Source: a virus (lineage: Duplodnaviria > Caudoviricetes). From it: a stretch of 64,000 bases of DNA. Of this stretch, positions 59,783 through 64,000 are shown piece by piece. How positions within the stretch are numbered: position 1 is the stretch's first letter; each line of letters begins with the position of its first letter. The stretch lies in IMG/VR virus record IMGVR_UViG_3300010167_000010, positions 224,001-288,000 of that record. One strand, 5' to 3'. The notes below the pieces were generated by a model. The model did no database searches, was not told the DNA's origin, and saw only the letters and a list, made by a program, of their open reading frames with translations. The translations under genes and the position numbers were made by a program.

Positions 59783-60349
59783 TTATTTGATTTTCTCCTT
59801 TTTCATCCACCAAAGCAAGAAATCATCAATTTGGCCATCTAATAATTTTGATTTACCAATAGTTGTAGTTCTATATACTCCGGCATCATCATTTCTTTTT
59901 CTATCTTCATTTTCTATTTCGGTTCTTTCTTTTCGTTTTTTAGTAATAATTCCTTCTCTCCAAGCTTCATAAGATGAAGGACCACCTTTTTCACCATCTA
60001 AAGTACCATCTTCTTTTAATGTCCCACCATTAGTCCATTTTTGTAATTGATAACGAACTAAATTGACATTACTATCTTCATTACATAAATCTTCTTTTAA
60101 TCTATTACTTGTAGCTGCCTTAAAAATTTCTTCATTTAAAACTTGTAAAGTTCCAATAAGCTCTTCACTTTCATCTAATTCTTCACCATAATTTAAATAA
60201 ACATTATTTTCTTCTATTTTATCTAAATCAGTTTTTTCTACTAATATTCTTTGATTTTCAGGTGTTGTAGCATTTAAAGAACTAGGTCCTCCATCAGAGG
60301 CTGTTACACATTCATAAATATTTTCAAAAATGTTATTCTTGTTCATCAT
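59783..60349 (-). CDS. Hypothetical, probable internal head protein
   Basis: Start likely ATG 60349 (MMNKNNIFENIYE) after AAGGA; LxE motifs. Confidence 0.6.
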   Translation of the reverse strand: MMNKNNIFENIYECVTASDGGPSSLNATTPENQRILVEKTDLDKIEENNVYLNYGEELDESEELIGTLQVLNEEIFKAATSNRLKEDLCNEDSNVNLVRYQLQKWTNGGTLKEDGTLDGEKGGPSSYEAWREGIITKKRKERTEIENEDRKRNDDAGVYRTTTIGKSKLLDGQIDDFLLWWMKKEKIK

Positions 60350-60695
60350 AATTTTCCTTTGGCTCTTGATTATACCCACCGATATATCCGCCCATTGTTG
60401 AGTTTATTATTTGAATAATTTCTTCTTGGGTTGCACCCCATCCTTTAGAGATCATTTCAATTGCTTCAGTTTTTGAGAAATCTTCATTTAAAACTAAAGA
60501 AACAAAATCTCCAGTTATTTCATCACACTCGAAATCTTTAAAAGAGATATCATCATCTTCATCGAAATCATAATCAGATGATTCTCTAATTTTATCGTTT
60601 AATCTATCATATTTATGAATAAATGATTCTTTTATTGGAATCTTCTTTTCATAAACAGACTCAAAAATTTCATTTAAAGTTTTGTTGTCTTTCAT
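60333..60695 (-). CDS. Hypothetical acidic protein, probable internal head protein
   Basis: TLNEIFESVYE, IKES, IRES; CTAAATAAT motif upstream. Confidence 0.65.
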   Translation of the reverse strand: MKDNKTLNEIFESVYEKKIPIKESFIHKYDRLNDKIRESSDYDFDEDDDISFKDFECDEITGDFVSLVLNEDFSKTEAIEMISKGWGATQEEIIQIINSTMGGYIGGYNQEPKENYDEQE

Positions 60696-60720
60696 ATTAT
60701 TTAGTATTTTATTTTACAAT

Positions 60721-60750
60721 AAATAAAAAGGCCCTGAAAATCAGGGCCTT
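60721..60750 (-). terminator. Rho-independent terminator closing the tail tube transcript
   Basis: AAGGCCCTGA/TCAGGGCCTT stem, 3-nt loop, T run on the - strand. Confidence 0.88.
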
Positions 60751-60754
60751 CAAG

Positions 60755-60850
60755 TTATTTCTTTTTCTTTGGTTTTTGCTTTTGTTGTTTTGGAGCAGCA
60801 GCAGGCTTATTCGTCTTCGCTGTCTTCTTCTTCGCCATCGTAATCGCCAT
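60755..60850 (-). CDS. Unannotated 31-aa Lys-rich peptide overlapping the acidic gene
   Basis: MAITMAKKKTAKTNKPAAAPKQQKQKPKKKK*; GAGGAGG 9 nt upstream; stop codon lies just before the terminator. Confidence 0.6.
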   Translation of the reverse strand: MAITMAKKKTAKTNKPAAAPKQQKQKPKKKK

Positions 60851-61016
60851 TTTCATCTTCCTCCTCTTCGTCATATTCTTCTTCATCGTAATCATCATAT
60901 TCATTACAAACTTCGTCGTATAAATCAGCTAAATCTACTTCAGCTTGTTCTCTACTACCGTCTTTTATAGTTTCAATGATCTCTTCAAGTCGTTCAATTA
61001 ATTCCTCATCTTTCAT
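60807..61016 (-). CDS. Small highly acidic protein (69 aa)
   Basis: AAGGAG SD; over half of the residues are D/E. Confidence 0.8.
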   Translation of the reverse strand: MKDEELIERLEEIIETIKDGSREQAEVDLADLYDEVCNEYDDYDEEEYDEEEEDENGDYDGEEEDSEDE

Positions 61017-61045
61017 ATTAAATATTCTCCTTTATAACTTAGTTA

Positions 61046-61777
61046 TTAGTCTAATCTTTGAGTCCATTCAGTTGGTGATTTCCAATCTGCGTTTTGACCT
61101 AGGTCTAAAGTATTTCCACCGAATTGAGGATAATCCATATCCATAAATTGGAAAGTAACTGTAAACTTATTAGGATCTGTTCCTTCAGTACTAAATGCAA
61201 TACCACCCATTTTTGATACCCAAACGTTATAAAAAGACCATAAAGCTAATGGATTCATTTTACTTCTTGTAGTTAAGTGACCATAAGTATCTTGAATATC
61301 TTCTGGACCAGCGTCAGCTTTTTTTCCTGTACCATTTGGGCTGTTAACTGTTGTTGCATAATATGCGCCGGCAATTGTTCCAACGTCTACTCTTCCAAAG
61401 AATTGTGTTGCATTAGATACACCACCAGTTACTGGATCTACTACTGCCATTAACCAAGCACTAAATCTACGTCTTAAGTCAAATGCAGCATCTTCTCTAA
61501 ATTCTATTTCAAATTGTCTATCTAATACTAAAGTAGCATTTGGTCTTTTAATTGTAATACCGTGATATTTTATTTCATATGTTCCAACTTCAACATCTGG
61601 AATATTAAAAGCTGTTGCTCTAACAGTTATTGGATATGATTGAAATGGGTTTTGATCTGGTTGTCCACTTGCAGATGGGAAGTAAATCTTAATATCATAC
61701 ATTTGGACTAAAAGGTCGGCACCTGAGTTTACTAAACCTCTAATAGGTGCAGTTGTTTTATTTGCATTATAAGCCAT
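61046..61777 (-). CDS. Tail tube protein (T4 gp19-like)
   Basis: ATAFNIPDVEVGTYEIKYHGITIKRP, FEIEFRED..LRRRFSAW, FYNVWVSKMGGI, FTVTFQF; AGGAG SD. Confidence 0.8.
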   Translation of the reverse strand: MAYNANKTTAPIRGLVNSGADLLVQMYDIKIYFPSASGQPDQNPFQSYPITVRATAFNIPDVEVGTYEIKYHGITIKRPNATLVLDRQFEIEFREDAAFDLRRRFSAWLMAVVDPVTGGVSNATQFFGRVDVGTIAGAYYATTVNSPNGTGKKADAGPEDIQDTYGHLTTRSKMNPLALWSFYNVWVSKMGGIAFSTEGTDPNKFTVTFQFMDMDYPQFGGNTLDLGQNADWKSPTEWTQRLD

Positions 61778-61847
61778 TTTTATCTCCTATAAATAAATAG
61801 ATTGTTTTCAAATATTCTTTATAACTTTAAAAATGATACTAACTAAT

Positions 61848-62567
61848 ATGATTACTGATACTAGTTTTATTACTGAATGTTGGCATGCTGAAAAGATAGA
61901 TAATTATAAAGATCTAATGGATTATATGAAACAATTTAAAAAAGAAACTTGGGAACGTATGAATATTATGATAGAAAAACATCATATTACACCAGCTTTT
62001 GAATGTAAAGATTTAGATCAAGAGGAAGAAATTTGGCTTCCAGTTGGAATACATTTTAGAGCCCATCTTTTACGAGCTCGAGATTATGTATCAGAAAGCA
62101 TGAATATGGAGCCTTATATTGATTATGCTATTGGGAACTATACTGAAGCATTTTGTATATTACGACCACATAAACGATTACAAAATATATTCTATAAAGA
62201 ATTTACTGAAGCAGAAGAATGTTACGAAAAGTTTTTTAAGCCGGCAACTTATGAAGCAGCCTTTGGAAAACGAAAGGCAACTTTAATAAAAAGAAAAATA
62301 GCAAAAGCAATGAGTAATCTTGATCCAATAATTATAGCTAAAAGAAATAAAAGTATTTCTAAATATGCAAAAACTAGACCAGAATCTCATAATCAAGCTA
62401 TTTCTAGAGGAAAAATGAAAACAGTAATTCATATCAATACTGGAAAATGTTATAAAAACGCAGGGGCGGCTGCTATTATAACTGGTATTAGTTTAACTTC
62501 AATAAAACAATGTTGTCAAGGAAAAATAAAATCAGTTAAAAATCAACAGTTTGAATATATGTTGTGA
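61848..62567 (+). CDS. HNH-type homing endonuclease-like protein with NUMOD DNA-binding tail
   Basis: EKHHITP..HFRAHLL; C-terminal NUMOD1-like VIHINTGKCYKNAGAAAIITGIS..IKQCCQGK; ATG 61848 follows CTAACTAAT. Confidence 0.7.
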   Translation: MITDTSFITECWHAEKIDNYKDLMDYMKQFKKETWERMNIMIEKHHITPAFECKDLDQEEEIWLPVGIHFRAHLLRARDYVSESMNMEPYIDYAIGNYTEAFCILRPHKRLQNIFYKEFTEAEECYEKFFKPATYEAAFGKRKATLIKRKIAKAMSNLDPIIIAKRNKSISKYAKTRPESHNQAISRGKMKTVIHINTGKCYKNAGAAAIITGISLTSIKQCCQGKIKSVKNQQFEYML

Positions 62568-62626
62568 TCTCTGATTTTGTTTCCTTTTTAAATTTATCTT
62601 TAAAAACGAAAGAGATTTCGAGATCA
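62565..62626. repeat. Long imperfect inverted repeat (hairpin)
   Basis: TGATCTC/GAGATCA outer arms, TTTTTAAA/TTTAAAAA inner arms, 6-nt loop. Confidence 0.6.
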
Positions 62627-62661
62627 AAATTTGATTACACTATAAAGTTAATATAAAATAT

Positions 62662-62976
62662 ATGAATAATAGACAGAAAAAGAAAGAAGGTGCTAGGGTA
62701 CATAACAATACTATGGATATCGCAACAAACATTTTTCCCGTCGGAGCTTGTTCTTGTGAGAAAGGTGAGTTATTTATGTATTTGGCTTCTAATCCAGAAA
62801 ACATTTTTAATATTTACTGTACAAATTGTATCGTAAGAAGAAACTTAAACATTATTGATCAATACACAGATATAAAGCTTTTTTATAATCCATCTTTAAT
62901 ACTTAAAACTTTAGTAGATACTTATGGTGAAGAACAAATAAATAAATTATGGGAAAACAAATGGCAAAAAGAATGA
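62662..62976 (+). CDS. Hypothetical protein with CxC/CxxC motifs
   Basis: CSC..CTNC; AGTTAATAT motif upstream. Confidence 0.65.
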   Translation: MNNRQKKKEGARVHNNTMDIATNIFPVGACSCEKGELFMYLASNPENIFNIYCTNCIVRRNLNIIDQYTDIKLFYNPSLILKTLVDTYGEEQINKLWENKWQKE

Positions 62977-63293
62977 TCGGTTATTTAGAATTTGATTTAG
63001 ATGATCAAAAAAGAAAATCTCGGGAAAATACTATTTATTTTCATTTAAGTGATGACGTAGATAAAAAAATACTTAAAAAAGATGTTAGTGCTTTTATTTA
63101 TAAAGCTGATAACGTTTCACACTTTATAGTTAATGAAGATAATTATAAAAAATATAAAAAAGCTTTAGAAGAAAATAAAGAACATTCTCAAGAAATAGAA
63201 AAATATAAAAAGGAGATTAAATTATTAAAGAAAAATATTGAAGATCATAAAGTAGAAATTCAATCTTTAAGTGATAATTTATTATTTAATTAA
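62949..63293 (+). CDS. Hypothetical protein with C-terminal coiled coil, ends LLFN
   Basis: Operonic ORF. Confidence 0.65.
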   Translation: MGKQMAKRMIGYLEFDLDDQKRKSRENTIYFHLSDDVDKKILKKDVSAFIYKADNVSHFIVNEDNYKKYKKALEENKEHSQEIEKYKKEIKLLKKNIEDHKVEIQSLSDNLLFN

Positions 63294-63482
63294 ATGAAAT
63301 ATAAAATAGATGAAGCAGTATTAAAACAAAATTGGCAAGGAAATGTTGATGTTGCTATAGCAATAGCTCTTAATAATATTGCAAATGAATTATCTCGAAG
63401 AAATGACATAGAATATGCCGATAAAATAAATCACGATGAAGATAAATTTTATTTATATCAATCATTGCAGGAGAAAAAATGA
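63294..63482 (+). CDS. Hypothetical protein
   Basis: 62-aa ORF abutting the previous stop. Confidence 0.6.
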   Translation: MKYKIDEAVLKQNWQGNVDVAIAIALNNIANELSRRNDIEYADKINHDEDKFYLYQSLQEKK

Positions 63483-63649
63483 AAGAATTAAGATTAGGTG
63501 ATATAATTGCTTCTTTTGATAAAACTGGAGCATTAGTTTTTACTGATGCTTATAAAGAAAACAAAGAAATTTGTTGGATAAATAAAATAGGTGTAACAGC
63601 CTTAAAAAAATTTATTGAAGATAATATGGAGGAACAAGATGAAATTTAG
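63479..63649 (+). CDS. Small hypothetical protein (56 aa), not in ORF track
   Basis: AGGAG SD and ATGA coupling; MKELRLGDIIASFDKTG...EEQDEI*. Confidence 0.7.
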   Translation: MKELRLGDIIASFDKTGALVFTDAYKENKEICWINKIGVTALKKFIEDNMEEQDEI

Positions 63650-64000
63650 AAACGGATTTGTAAGCAATAGTTCATCTTCATCATTTATTGTAGTTGGAAA
63701 TGAACCATTACAAATTCATAAATTACATGTAGCTTATGGTGATGTTAAAACATTACAGATACCTCAAACATTTGGTGGGACAGCCGATTGGGAATGTGGG
63801 ATATATAATACATTTATTGATAGATTAAATTGGGTATCACTTATGTGTTATTGTTCATGGTCGCCTAATCAAGAAGATAACGGATGGACTGATATGTTCG
63901 TTGATGTTCTTAAAGAAAACTTAGATTTAGAACATATTAAAATAAATTGGATATATGATGAAGATTATCATGAAGTTTTTACTGCTGATAAAGTTATATA
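63639..64000 (+). CDS. Phage protein of the GFVSNSSSSSF-motif family (truncated by window end)
   Basis: GGAGG SD; MKFRNGFVSNSSSSSFIV. Confidence 0.8.
   Translation, partial: MKFRNGFVSNSSSSSFIVVGNEPLQIHKLHVAYGDVKTLQIPQTFGGTADWECGIYNTFIDRLNWVSLMCYCSWSPNQEDNGWTDMFVDVLKENLDLEHIKINWIYDEDYHEVFTADKVI

Noticed and set aside
49525-60970. ORFs 49525..49908, 50288..50617, 53204..53410, 54192..54422, 57828..58373, 58058..58357, 59766..59972, 60623..60970
   Set aside because: Shadow or alternate-frame ORFs of real genes. 60623..60970 crosses a terminator and mirrors the low-complexity acidic/basic region.
1-64000. Stop-codon reassignment (as in some large gut phages)
   Set aside because: Conserved genes are full length in code 11, and TAG (RNA ligase) and TGA (rIIA, dnaX) act as real stops coupled to the next start.
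1-64000. CRISPR array, DGR, intein or self-splicing intron
   Set aside because: No regularly spaced direct repeats, reverse transcriptase, TR/VR pair, split conserved gene or intein motifs were seen by eye. Subtle cases could have been missed.

Overview
This is a very AT-rich, densely coding 64 kb segment of a large contractile-tailed (jumbo myovirus-like) phage genome, read in the standard genetic code. + strand blocks carry mostly early/middle functions: tRNA-Leu(UAA), RNA ligase, two amino-methyltransferases, a PotD lipoprotein, NUDIX, a membrane-anchored lytic transglycosylase, SbcC/gp46, an HddA-like sugar kinase, glycosyltransferases, a PIF1-like helicase, a (p)ppGpp-hydrolase-like HD protein, a DnaX-like clamp loader, topoisomerase IB, rIIA/rIIB and a radical SAM protein. 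- strand blocks carry mostly virion and lysis genes: baseplate wedge, tail sheath, tail tube, very large tail/fibre proteins, a metalloprotease, putative internal head proteins, amidase and holin-like genes. The PotD and exported proteins hint at a spirochaete host (inference). Most notable observations: (1) a large eukaryote/thaumarchaeal-type TopIB in a phage; (2) a candidate virion glycosylation system (heptose-type kinase, glycosyltransferases and an SG-enriched giant structural protein); (3) three recurring promoter-like motifs, two of them directly abutting leaderless start codons; (4) an unannotated Lys-rich peptide overlapping a very acidic small gene next to the tail tube; (5) a shared C-terminal LF[D/N] tag on five unrelated proteins; (6) strong lysine avoidance in extracytoplasmic domains. 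All functional calls come from motif recognition by eye; no database searches were run.
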